64,000 nucleotides of DNA from a bacterium (GTDB taxonomy: Bacteria; Patescibacteriota; Minisyncoccia; 1-14-0-10-42-19). The notes below the pieces were generated by a model. That model was given only the letters and a program-made list of their open reading frames with translations, did no database searches and was not told the origin of the DNA. A program made the translations under genes and the position numbers. Shown here piece by piece: positions 18,530 through 27,852 of the stretch (its first letter is position 1; every line of letters starts with the position of its first letter). The stretch lies in assembly GCA_030690215.1 (NCBI GenBank), contig JAUYHD010000016.1, forward strand, positions 17,681-81,680, written 5' to 3'.

Positions 18530-19252
18530 GTGCCGATCATGAAATTTTCTGAACTGTATGAACATTTTTTTGGATTGTACGGAGAACGCAATAGGTACTT
18601 TATGCCCGACTTGGGTGATCGAATAGACTTTCTAGCAATCGCCATTGGTGACCTGCAAGATGCGATTCGCAAAAACGCGCATACGGATTTAATCGGACTG
18701 GCGCTTGCGCGGGTTGTATCAAGAATTTTTTGCATAGCTGAGTATTTTAATTTTTACACAATTCATAGGCTTAATTTTGCAAACGCTCTTGCAAGCAAAT
18801 ATCCGCACGTATGCGCGTATTGCAAAACCAAGCCATGCAATTGCCCGGGTGGAGTGCGGCCGGCATATGACCTCAACCTAAGTCATGGCAACCAAGATGA
18901 GTGGGCATTGCGCGATTGGTGCAATCATTTAAACGAATTGTACGGTGCAAACAACAAACAAAAAGGGATTGAAAACCTCATAAACCGGCTTTCAAAAGAA
19001 GTGCTTGAGATGGTCATTCTTCGGTTCAATATGGAACGCAGAAAGATTGACCGGATCGAAATGATTAAAGAAGTCGGACTAGAGCTTGCAGATGCGCTGG
19101 CATGGACGATCGCTGTAGCTAATTATTTGGAAATAAACCTAGAACATTGTGTGCTGTCCCGCTACGGCTCCGGTTGCTGGAATTGCAAAGCAAAACCTTG
19201 TGTCTGCGATGATTTTGTAATCCGCCAAATTGATTGGGTGCAGTTTAAATAA
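18530..19252 (+). CDS. tandem MazG-like NTP pyrophosphohydrolase with two Cys clusters
   Basis: KEVLE..ELADALAW; CAYCKTKPCNC and CWNCKAKPCVC. Confidence 0.8.
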   Translation: MPIMKFSELYEHFFGLYGERNRYFMPDLGDRIDFLAIAIGDLQDAIRKNAHTDLIGLALARVVSRIFCIAEYFNFYTIHRLNFANALASKYPHVCAYCKTKPCNCPGGVRPAYDLNLSHGNQDEWALRDWCNHLNELYGANNKQKGIENLINRLSKEVLEMVILRFNMERRKIDRIEMIKEVGLELADALAWTIAVANYLEINLEHCVLSRYGSGCWNCKAKPCVCDDFVIRQIDWVQFK

Positions 19253-19366
19253 TAGAAAAGACCTAAAACACGCTTGTGCGTTTTAGGTCTTTATTTTTTT
19301 AGAAACCTGGGACTTCACAAAATTGTTTATATACGGTATAAAAATTACATACGCATTAAAGAATTT

Positions 19367-19630
19367 GCGAGTGTAGTTCAGTGGTACCCCGCACTAAAAA
19401 TTTGGGCACATAGTTCAGTGGTAGAACGCTGTCCTGATAAGACAGAGGTGCTAGGTTCGATTCCTAGTGTGCCCATAAATTTTCCCAAATTTTAGTACGG
19501 GGCAGGAAACGCTGCCCGCCCCGCATCAAGCTTTGTTTTGATGCGGGGTCCTGATAAGACAGAGGCCGAAGGTTCGCCCGATTATCCAATCGGGCGACCG
19601 GTCGAATGACCGGTCGATTCCTTCCGCGCT
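19367..19630 (+). pseudogene. outer tRNA-Ile(GAU) remnant split by palindromic insertions
   Basis: pieces at 19367-19386, 19506-19514, 19549-19576, 19617-19630. Confidence 0.8.
19404..19475 (+). tRNA. tRNA-Ile(GAU)
   Basis: gggcaca/tgtgccc acceptor stem, ctgtc-ctgataa-gacag, GGTTCGATTCC. Confidence 0.96.
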
Positions 19631-19760
19631 AAAAAGGAGGAGCCAAAGAGTTTTGGACCAGTAATTCTTTACCTGATAATGCGCTCTAAGTGGGGTCTGC
19701 TTGAATAATTTTTTACACCTCCGTGAGAAGTATTTTAGGAAAAGAAAATTTTTTAATCAT

Positions 19761-20351
19761 ATGAACCTAGAGAGACAAAATTTTAATACAGAACCTCTTT
19801 CACAAGAACAAGGAGAGCAAATTAAATCGGAACAAAAAATTGCGTGGGAGAAAAAACGCAAAGAAGTAGATACCATTACTGACCGTCTCGGTCTTGGTAT
19901 TGATGAAAAAATTAAGGAGTCGGTTACAGCTTTTCAAGTTCACGAATTTACTACCAGCCAATCTTGCGAAGGTCATACTGGGGAGGAAGAAAAACATGGA
20001 GCTTCTTTTCCTTGGGTAGAAGTTTATGCTCCTGGACCGAAAGGGTGGATAGACGCAAAGGGTGAAAAGAAAAAAGAATTGGATCGTGAATGGACAATTA
20101 AAAATTTGGAACAGCAACAAAAGATGATGGGCTATTTCACGGAATTTTACCAAGACAGGGAAACGCCATTTGATGCAAGATTGGCGTTTGACCGCATTGG
20201 GGCCTTCGGTGGCTTCCGAGTCCAAAGTTTTGGAGCAGAAATAATGAGACTGTTGTCGCCCAAAGAACAAATCAAAAAACTTGAGCTTTATAGAAAAGAG
20301 ATGGACGATTTTACTGAATTTTTGAAAAGTAAGCATTTCGCAAAAGAATAA
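19761..20351 (+). CDS. hypothetical protein
   Basis: IDEKIK..V, T.QSCEGH, PWV motifs; terminator follows. Confidence 0.75.
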   Translation: MNLERQNFNTEPLSQEQGEQIKSEQKIAWEKKRKEVDTITDRLGLGIDEKIKESVTAFQVHEFTTSQSCEGHTGEEEKHGASFPWVEVYAPGPKGWIDAKGEKKKELDREWTIKNLEQQQKMMGYFTEFYQDRETPFDARLAFDRIGAFGGFRVQSFGAEIMRLLSPKEQIKKLELYRKEMDDFTEFLKSKHFAKE

Positions 20352-20386
20352 TTTAATCCCCTCCTTCTAGAAAGAGGGGATTTTAT

Positions 20387-21337
20387 TCAATCATTCATTA
20401 GTTCGCCAAGCCGCGGAAGATGCTTTTGAAACGCATCAAAGAGCTTTTTTGAATCCTTATCATAATGTATCCACGCTTCGTACATCCGCGGAAAATGACG
20501 GGTGTAGGTAATATCAAGCGCCAGCCCCGCATTGTTTAATACAGCAGGACACGCATTAAATGTTTTAGGCTGAGGAGTGATAGTACCGCACTCTCTTTGT
20601 AATTCGTTGAATAATTCTCTTTTTCTGTTCAGCGTATCGGCTTCCGATATTTGGAATCTATAGAAATCCGCATATAACGATTTCAGCTGTACGTAATATT
20701 TGTTTACGATAACTGCTTTTTGCATGAAAAACGCAGGCTCTAAAAAAAGATTTTTATATATCTCCGAATCTTCTCCATATTTCTCTCGTGCAAAATCAAT
20801 TGCCCCGGCAAGTCCCATCATGGTTGCCGCGGCTTCGTCTATATCCGAAGAAAGCTGGACTTCAGGAGAGACCTCTTCATGGTAATCCTCGTGAACTATG
20901 ACTGTTATAAAACGTTCGAGAGAAGCATCCGTAAGAAAACGTGTGGTGGAGGCGTTATTCCGCCCTATTCCCTCTACCTTGGAAACAAAAACATCTTTCC
21001 CTAGCGGATTGATATTACATCCCCCCTTTTTTCCTTGGGTTACACTCATACCAAAATACGTATACGGCAAAAAGAATCGTCCCGTAGAATAACAAATATA
21101 ATATGCGTCCTGCAAGAAGCTCTCCGGATGAAAGTTTTCATCTTTCCGATACCCCATGCGCTTTTCAAACTTTTTGATCTCCGCTATTACATCCTTGCGC
21201 GGAAAATCTTCTACTCCACGCGCCTTATGAACTCTGCAAGAACCGAATAAAGTATACGCAAGAATGCCAAAAAATAAAGCAATTATAATTATCCTACGCG
21301 CTATCGTTCTCAATGTATGCTCCTTTTTGCCACCCAT
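20387..21337 (-). CDS. membrane-anchored putative Zn aminopeptidase
   Basis: HEDYH plus downstream DEAAAT; LNNA motif. Confidence 0.7.
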   Translation of the reverse strand: MGGKKEHTLRTIARRIIIIALFFGILAYTLFGSCRVHKARGVEDFPRKDVIAEIKKFEKRMGYRKDENFHPESFLQDAYYICYSTGRFFLPYTYFGMSVTQGKKGGCNINPLGKDVFVSKVEGIGRNNASTTRFLTDASLERFITVIVHEDYHEEVSPEVQLSSDIDEAAATMMGLAGAIDFAREKYGEDSEIYKNLFLEPAFFMQKAVIVNKYYVQLKSLYADFYRFQISEADTLNRKRELFNELQRECGTITPQPKTFNACPAVLNNAGLALDITYTRHFPRMYEAWIHYDKDSKKLFDAFQKHLPRLGELMND

Positions 21338-21508
21338 GTCTCACATTTTTGAATGTGCTTTTCTTTAGAATACACCACACACACGCTAGCCACAAAACCC
21401 CACGCGCTTGACTCAAAAGACATATTTTGCTATAATGGCGGTCAATAGTAGTAGAGTCGAACTACTGCAATGAATGAAAATTCCAAATTAGAGTTAACTT
21501 AGGCACAT

Positions 21509-21841
21509 ATGGCTACTAAGAACTTAGACCAGGAGTTCCTTGAGTTTGTCGTAAAATCGCTCGTTGACAACCCGTCAGACGTAAAAGTTGAGCGGAAAGT
21601 TGACGAAATGGGAGTACTTTTGACTCTCAACATCCATGCCGAAGATATGGGTAAAATCCTTGGGCGCCAAGGAAACACGGCAAAGTCAATCCGGACACTC
21701 TTGCGAATCGTTGGCTTGAAAAACAATGCCCGCGTAAATCTCAAGATTGCGGAACCGGAAGGCGGAAAAGGACCCCGCGGAGGCCGAGATGAAAATCGAG
21801 GCGCATCTATGGACCAAGTCATGGACGATTTAAAGCTCTAA
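21509..21841 (+). CDS. khpA: KH-domain RNA-binding protein
   Basis: EDMGKILGRQGNTAKSIRTLL; near trmD. Confidence 0.9.
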   Translation: MATKNLDQEFLEFVVKSLVDNPSDVKVERKVDEMGVLLTLNIHAEDMGKILGRQGNTAKSIRTLLRIVGLKNNARVNLKIAEPEGGKGPRGGRDENRGASMDQVMDDLKL

Positions 21842-22055
21842 CCTTGTCCGATACTTTCAAAAGAAAGTATGTAGGAACGACCTATTACTTTTCTAAAGTA
21901 ATACAACGCAAAAATCCCGAACGCGCGCGACGCGACGGGATTTTTGTTTATAAATACAATATATGAAACACTCGGTGTTTAATAAAATTCCACGTCCGCA
22001 CTTTTTATAAAAATAAAAAAGCGCTATATCTTTGCCGATACAACGCTTTCAAAAT

Positions 22056-22373
22056 TTATTTATTAAAATCAGACACTGAAACAAAATCAATATCTTCTTG
22101 TCCTAATTCATGTACCCGAATTTCTGCGATATCCTCGGCTTCTGAATCTATCTTATACTCGGCTACTTTTTCTGAATCTATCATATATCCGGCTACTTTC
22201 TGATCTTCACCGGGCCACAACAATGGCTCATAGACATAAGAATACTTCTTCAAAATATGTCTTCTTAAAACCTGGCTAGCAGTAACCTCGCTACTGTCCT
22301 CTTTAAGAATGACTAAGCTGTGACGAATTTCTTCATCTTCTTCAAGAAATTCTATTATTAAAAATATCCTCAT
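22056..22373 (-). CDS. hypothetical acidic protein
   Basis: AGGAGG RBS before MRIFL. Confidence 0.6.
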   Translation of the reverse strand: MRIFLIIEFLEEDEEIRHSLVILKEDSSEVTASQVLRRHILKKYSYVYEPLLWPGEDQKVAGYMIDSEKVAEYKIDSEAEDIAEIRVHELGQEDIDFVSVSDFNK

Positions 22374-22646
22374 TTTAATTCCTCCTTTCAAACAACTTGA
22401 ATTTTCCCAAAAGATAGCGTACGTTTTTCCCCCTGTTTTAATTTCCAAAAATTTCTTTCACTTCATCAACAACTTCGGAAGGGTTTTCACCGCCCTCTAT
22501 TCTGCGCAAAACATCCTCATAAATATTAATCCTTTTTTCAAGGTCCTTCGTGGTTGGGGGTCCCCAAATCACCGGATCACACGATATGTGCAACATATAT
22601 TGCCTCCATCTTGAAGTTTTTCTTAAACTAGCATATATTTCATACT

Positions 22647-23405
22647 ATGTCAATAAGATTCGACATCATCACAATATTTCCCGGATTATTCGCCCCGTAC
22701 TTAAACGAGTCCATATTAAAACGCGCCCAAAAGAACAAATTAATAGATATTCGCGTCCACAATCTACGTGATTTTACGAAAGCAAAACACAAAAAAGTGG
22801 ACGATAAAGCATACGGCGGAGGACCCGGCATGGTGCTCCAGGCAGAACCAATCATAAAAGCAATACGCTCAATCTTAAATTCCAAATTCCAAAATCCAAA
22901 ATCCAAACAAATTCCAAAACTAAAAATTAAAAAAACGAAAATAATTTTGTTCACTCCTGCCGGGAAACAATTTGATGCTAAAATAGCGCAAAATTTTGCA
23001 TCACGCTATGATCATATCATTATGATCGCCGGCCGTTACGAAGGTGTTGACCATAGAATTTATAAAGTGCTTAAAAATATGCTTATTACTCATAACTCAT
23101 CACTTACAACTCTTTCCATAGGACCGTATGTCCTCACAGGAGGCGAACTCCCCGCCCTCATTATGATTGATGCCATAAGCCGTCATATTCCCGGCGTACT
23201 CGGTAAAAACGAATCGCTCGAAGAAAAACGCGGGGGCGCAGGCATTCCCGCGTATACTCGGCCGGAAAAAATCACTTGGAACAAGAAAACATATGCTGTC
23301 CCAAAAATACTCCTTTCGGGCAATCATAAAAAAATTGCCGCTTGGCTTGCCGCCAAGCGAGCCTCGCCAAAAATGCCAAGGAATATGAGAAGAAAAGGAG
23401 CGTAA
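22647..23405 (+). CDS. trmD: tRNA (m1G37) methyltransferase with heptad insertions
   Basis: VDDKAYGGGPGMVL, GRYEGVD, SIGPYVLTGGE. Confidence 0.96.
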   Translation: MSIRFDIITIFPGLFAPYLNESILKRAQKNKLIDIRVHNLRDFTKAKHKKVDDKAYGGGPGMVLQAEPIIKAIRSILNSKFQNPKSKQIPKLKIKKTKIILFTPAGKQFDAKIAQNFASRYDHIIMIAGRYEGVDHRIYKVLKNMLITHNSSLTTLSIGPYVLTGGELPALIMIDAISRHIPGVLGKNESLEEKRGGAGIPAYTRPEKITWNKKTYAVPKILLSGNHKKIAAWLAAKRASPKMPRNMRRKGA

Positions 23406-23438
23406 ACAAAAATAAAATGAGGTGGTATACTGTTGTAT

Positions 23439-24356
23439 ATGCTCTGGATACCCATTACGGTGAGTGCGTATTTTTTTCTGGCACTTGTCGCGCTCGTGGA
23501 TAAAAAGCTTCTTACCCATCGTGTGCCGGAACCAATCGCATATGCTTTTTACGTAGGACTTTTAAATATAGTAACTTTTGTCCTTATCCCATTCGGGTTT
23601 AACATGCTGGCTGCCCCGCTTGCCCTCTTTGCATTAAGCGCGGGTATAGCTTTTGTTGTCGGTATTTATTTTTTATATTCCACATTGCGCCGATCCGAAG
23701 CATCGCGCGCAATCCCCCTTATTGGCGCTACGACCCCGCTCTTTATCATTTTTTTTACAACCGTCATTTCGAAAACCCCGATTACAACGCATGAACTTTT
23801 TGCTATCGGGTTTTTTATTTTGGGAGGACTGCTTCTTTCTTCCCGACAATCAGACGGAGATCCGCTATTCCGCATAAACGGCAATACCATAAATGTAAAA
23901 ATTGTAGTCCCCGGCATTCTTGCCGCGTTTTTTTTCGCGTGCTCTTTTTTTCTCACCGAAGAGGTATTCAACCAAACCGAGTTTATCCCGGGGTTTATAT
24001 GGATGCGAGCAGGTAACGTGCTCGCCGCGCTCTTTATTTTACTTTTGCCGACCGCCCGAAAGATAATTTTCCAAACATCAAAACATCTTGCCCCATCTTC
24101 TAAAAAAATATTTCTCGCAAATCAATTTATGGGGGGCAGTGGTAATCTTCTTTTAAATATCGCAATTTTTCTTGGTCCTGTAACTGTTATTAATGCCATG
24201 CAGGGAGTCCAATATTTTTTCATATTTCTTTTGGCGCTCTTTTTTACGGCATTTTATCCGCGCGTTATTCGCGAATCGTTTACTCCGCGTGTTCTTTTTA
24301 GCAAACTCGCTGGTATCTTCCTCATTATTGCCGGATTTGCGGTTCTTTTTCTATAA
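23439..24356 (+). CDS. EamA/DMT family transporter
   Basis: about 10 TM helices in two repeats. Confidence 0.8.
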   Translation: MLWIPITVSAYFFLALVALVDKKLLTHRVPEPIAYAFYVGLLNIVTFVLIPFGFNMLAAPLALFALSAGIAFVVGIYFLYSTLRRSEASRAIPLIGATTPLFIIFFTTVISKTPITTHELFAIGFFILGGLLLSSRQSDGDPLFRINGNTINVKIVVPGILAAFFFACSFFLTEEVFNQTEFIPGFIWMRAGNVLAALFILLLPTARKIIFQTSKHLAPSSKKIFLANQFMGGSGNLLLNIAIFLGPVTVINAMQGVQYFFIFLLALFFTAFYPRVIRESFTPRVLFSKLAGIFLIIAGFAVLFL

Positions 24357-24358
24357 CC

Positions 24359-25378
24359 ATGGCAGTCATTAAAAAACATCCGATTCTTGCCGGCATAGGA
24401 ATAGGAGCGCTTCTCCTAGTAACTATCTTTCTGGTACTTATCTCGCTTACCCCCGCAAAAACCCCAAAAACATACGGTGTCACCTTCTCCCCCTTTTACG
24501 CGGAACGTTTCAATGTTCATTGGAAAGATGCGTATATTGCAATTCTTGACGATCTTGGCGTAAAGCACATTCGCCTTTCTGCGTATTGGAACGAGGTAGA
24601 AAAAACAGAACGTGTTTTTAATTTTTCCGATCTTGACTGGCAAATTCAAGAGGCGGAAAAACGGAATGTGGATATTGTGCTCGCCATCGGCAAAAAACTC
24701 CCTCGCTGGCCGGAGTGCCACATCCCCGAGTGGATAGAGGGCCTTACGCCCGAAGAACAACATGAAAAACTGCTTCGTTATATTTCAGAAACCATTCTTC
24801 GCTATAGGGACTCTCCGGCAATCACTCTATGGCAAATTGAAAATGAACCATTACTGCCATTCGGCGAATGTGTCCATATTTCTGAACAAGAGCTGGAAAA
24901 TGAACTGGCATTCGTGCGCGCGCTTGATTCGCGCCCCATACTTATCACCGCGTCAGGAGAACTCTCATTCTGGACAAAGGAAATAAAATACGCCGATGTA
25001 TTCGGCTCTACTCTCTATCGCATTGTATGGAACGATTCTCTCAAAAGACATATCACCTACCCCCTCCCCTCGTCCTTTTATCGCGCAAAACAAACTATCG
25101 CGCGCCTATTTGGAGGCAATAAACCGATGCTCGTTATAGAACTTCAGGGAGAATCTTGGAACAAAAAAATGACATACGAACTCCCCATAGAAGAACAGTA
25201 TATATCCATGAATCCCGAACGATTCCAGGGTGTTCTTTCGTATGCCTCGCGCACCGGCTTTGACACATTTTATCTATGGGGTGTTGAGTGGTGGTATTGG
25301 TTAAAAGTTACGCAAGATAAACCCGAAATGTGGGATATAGCGAAAGAAGCGATATATAATGCGAATATAGAAAAATAA
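24359..25378 (+). CDS. membrane-anchored GH-A clan glycoside hydrolase
   Basis: WQIENEP, IELQGE, PRWPECH. Confidence 0.8.
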   Translation: MAVIKKHPILAGIGIGALLLVTIFLVLISLTPAKTPKTYGVTFSPFYAERFNVHWKDAYIAILDDLGVKHIRLSAYWNEVEKTERVFNFSDLDWQIQEAEKRNVDIVLAIGKKLPRWPECHIPEWIEGLTPEEQHEKLLRYISETILRYRDSPAITLWQIENEPLLPFGECVHISEQELENELAFVRALDSRPILITASGELSFWTKEIKYADVFGSTLYRIVWNDSLKRHITYPLPSSFYRAKQTIARLFGGNKPMLVIELQGESWNKKMTYELPIEEQYISMNPERFQGVLSYASRTGFDTFYLWGVEWWYWLKVTQDKPEMWDIAKEAIYNANIEK

Positions 25379-25391
25379 TATGGCCATAACG

Positions 25392-25490
25392 CAAAGCGTA
25401 AAACGAAAAGTTCAAAACTAATGTGAAATAATTTCAACAAAGTTGAAATTATTATTCCTAAGTTTTACGTTTTTATTTTTGAGCTTTTAG
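25392..25490. repeat. about 99-bp AT-rich hairpin element, near-identical to the 16S helix 6 insert
   Basis: matches 34064-34162. Confidence 0.85.
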
Positions 25491-25537
25491 CTATACTGTG
25501 TGTTATTCACTTACTTAATAATTAAGTTTAACATTTT

Positions 25538-26740
25538 ATGAAATACGCTTTCCCTGATGGTTTTCTATGGGGTGCTTCTACCTCCTCTCATCAAGTAGAA
25601 GGCGGGAACACAAACCAATGGTCTGAATGGGAGAAAAAAAATGCAACGCGGCTCGCATCTGAAGCAACCAAAAAACATGGCACATTACCATCGTGGAACG
25701 ATATCCGAAAAGAAGCCAAAAATCCGCAAAATTATATTTCAGGAATTGCCTGCGACCACTATAACCGTTTTGAAGAAGATTTTGATATCGCAAAATCTCT
25801 AGGACATACGGCGCATCGCCTTTCTATAGAATGGTCGCGCGTTGAACCTCGCGAGGGATTTTTTGACGAAAAAGAAATCGCCCACTATCAACGCGTGATA
25901 CAAGCGCTTCGCGCGCGGAACATTGAGCCGTTTGTCACTCTTTGGCACTGGACGCTTCCATTCTGGGTTTCAAAACAGGGCAGTTGGGAAAACAAAAAAA
26001 CAATTTCGGATTTTGTCCGATACGCAAAAAAACTTGCGGAATCGCTACCGGAGGTACGGTTCTGGGTGACGCTCAACGAACCGCTCATTTATACCGGCAT
26101 GTCGTACATGGTTGGGACGTGGCCTCCACAAAAAAAATCGGTTATCGCTTACATTCGGGTAATACATAACCTCATAACGGCGCATAAGGACGCCTACCGT
26201 GTCATGCGCACCTCCGATAACCATATTGGCATCGCAAAACACAATATTGCATTTACCGGAATCGGTGCGATGTCTGCGCGCTGGTGGTTTAACCGATATT
26301 TTTTGGAAAAAATTAAAAATCATCAAGATTTTATCGGGTTAAATTATTACCAGCACAAAAACATGTTGTTTGGGAAAAATAATAAAAAAAACCCCACCGA
26401 TGTCGGCTGGGAAATATACCCCGAAGGAATATATCGAGTTCTTAAAGAACTCGCGCCCTACAAAAAACCAGTCTATATTACTGAAAACGGAATCGCAGAC
26501 GCGCACGATACAAAAAGGACGCAATTCATAAAAGACCATCTTATATGGATACACAAAGCAATCGCAGAGGGAGTTGGTGTGCGGGGGTATCTGTATTGGT
26601 CGCTCTTGGACAATTTTGAATGGAGTGATGGATTCTGGCCGCGATTCGGACTCGTAGAAGTTGACCGCCAAACCCTTGAACGGCGCATCCGTCCAAGCGC
26701 TCATGAGTACGCAAAAATTATAAAAAATAATGGTTTTTAA
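25538..26740 (+). CDS. GH1 beta-glucosidase
   Basis: FLWGASTSSHQVEG, TLNEP, ITENG, DNFEW. Confidence 0.93.
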   Translation: MKYAFPDGFLWGASTSSHQVEGGNTNQWSEWEKKNATRLASEATKKHGTLPSWNDIRKEAKNPQNYISGIACDHYNRFEEDFDIAKSLGHTAHRLSIEWSRVEPREGFFDEKEIAHYQRVIQALRARNIEPFVTLWHWTLPFWVSKQGSWENKKTISDFVRYAKKLAESLPEVRFWVTLNEPLIYTGMSYMVGTWPPQKKSVIAYIRVIHNLITAHKDAYRVMRTSDNHIGIAKHNIAFTGIGAMSARWWFNRYFLEKIKNHQDFIGLNYYQHKNMLFGKNNKKNPTDVGWEIYPEGIYRVLKELAPYKKPVYITENGIADAHDTKRTQFIKDHLIWIHKAIAEGVGVRGYLYWSLLDNFEWSDGFWPRFGLVEVDRQTLERRIRPSAHEYAKIIKNNGF

Positions 26741-26754
26741 ATTTAGAGCATTGC

Positions 26755-26940
26755 CCCCGTTAGATAGGGCGTTGCGAAGCCCGCTCATCTAACGGGGTTG
26801 ACCCCGTAGAGCAATATCGTATGATGCATTCTTATACGTCATTTTATCAAACAACATTTATGAAAAAGCAAGAAAACAAACTAATGCATGTGTCGCTGGC
26901 GGCGAACGCATGACGTATTATGCGATATTGTCTAACGGGG
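26755..26940. mobile_element. 43-bp element plus 139-bp MITE in tandem, upstream of a TTGACA promoter
   Basis: 26755-26797, ttga, 26802-26940. Confidence 0.78.
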
Positions 26941-27012
26941 CTGGGTTGACATAAATAAAAAAATAGTGTAGCATAACCCCAGTTTTTAAAAAGTGAAAGG
27001 GGGAATAGTACG

Positions 27013-27558
27013 TTGAAAAAAATACTACCCGGGATTATTTTACTTGTACTTTTTTTAGGATGTAGCGGAGCGGGAAATAATTTTCCCATACATGACAACT
27101 CGCACATAACAGACTATGGAATTGAATTTTTCCATAATGAATTCTACACAACCGACGAATTAAACGAGGCAGCACATACAGTGGACGTATATTTTGAAAT
27201 GGCTCAAGAGTGCGCAAAATCTATATATCCTGATATGACCGACGCGATTTACAGCTTGCCCGCTGAAGATATGCAAATTGTTGTACAGTTTCCTGACAAA
27301 TATAATCCGCAAACGGGACAAGAGGCTTTTTCATGTAAGTTTTCTAAAAAAGGATGCGCGGGAATATACTATATAGGCGGCACAATTGATATAACCCCGT
27401 CCCTTGACGCGCTCGGCCATGAAATGTCCCATTGGATAAATTTTATGCTCTTCGGAGAAACGAGTGACGATAACCCAAGTGACTTATCACAGGTATGCAA
27501 ATTTTCTTCAATCTGCCATCTCTATTCGCAAAACCGAAACCTCATAGCATGCCGATGA
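27013..27558 (+). CDS. lipoprotein with HEXXH zincin motif
   Basis: LFLGC lipobox, GHEMSH. Confidence 0.7.
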   Translation: MKKILPGIILLVLFLGCSGAGNNFPIHDNSHITDYGIEFFHNEFYTTDELNEAAHTVDVYFEMAQECAKSIYPDMTDAIYSLPAEDMQIVVQFPDKYNPQTGQEAFSCKFSKKGCAGIYYIGGTIDITPSLDALGHEMSHWINFMLFGETSDDNPSDLSQVCKFSSICHLYSQNRNLIACR

Positions 27559-27852
27559 TCTAAAATAAACACTCTATTTTTTGGGAAATAGGGTGTTTTT
27601 AATTACCCAGAAGTTATCAACAGTTAGTAAGTGCTGGGGGGGGGTAAAACATTATACTTATATAAAGGTCATTTTTCGTAATTGTATCTTCGTTCGCATA
27701 TTTTTATACTTTCGTAGCCTCGTTTCTATTTTCATAATTTTATTATCATTAACTGTCAAAACCATTTAATTTGGTAAAATCGTATATTTTTTAAAACAAA
27801 TACTGTGTATTGTTTTTTATAATTTTTATTTCAGTAATCTACTAATAATTGC

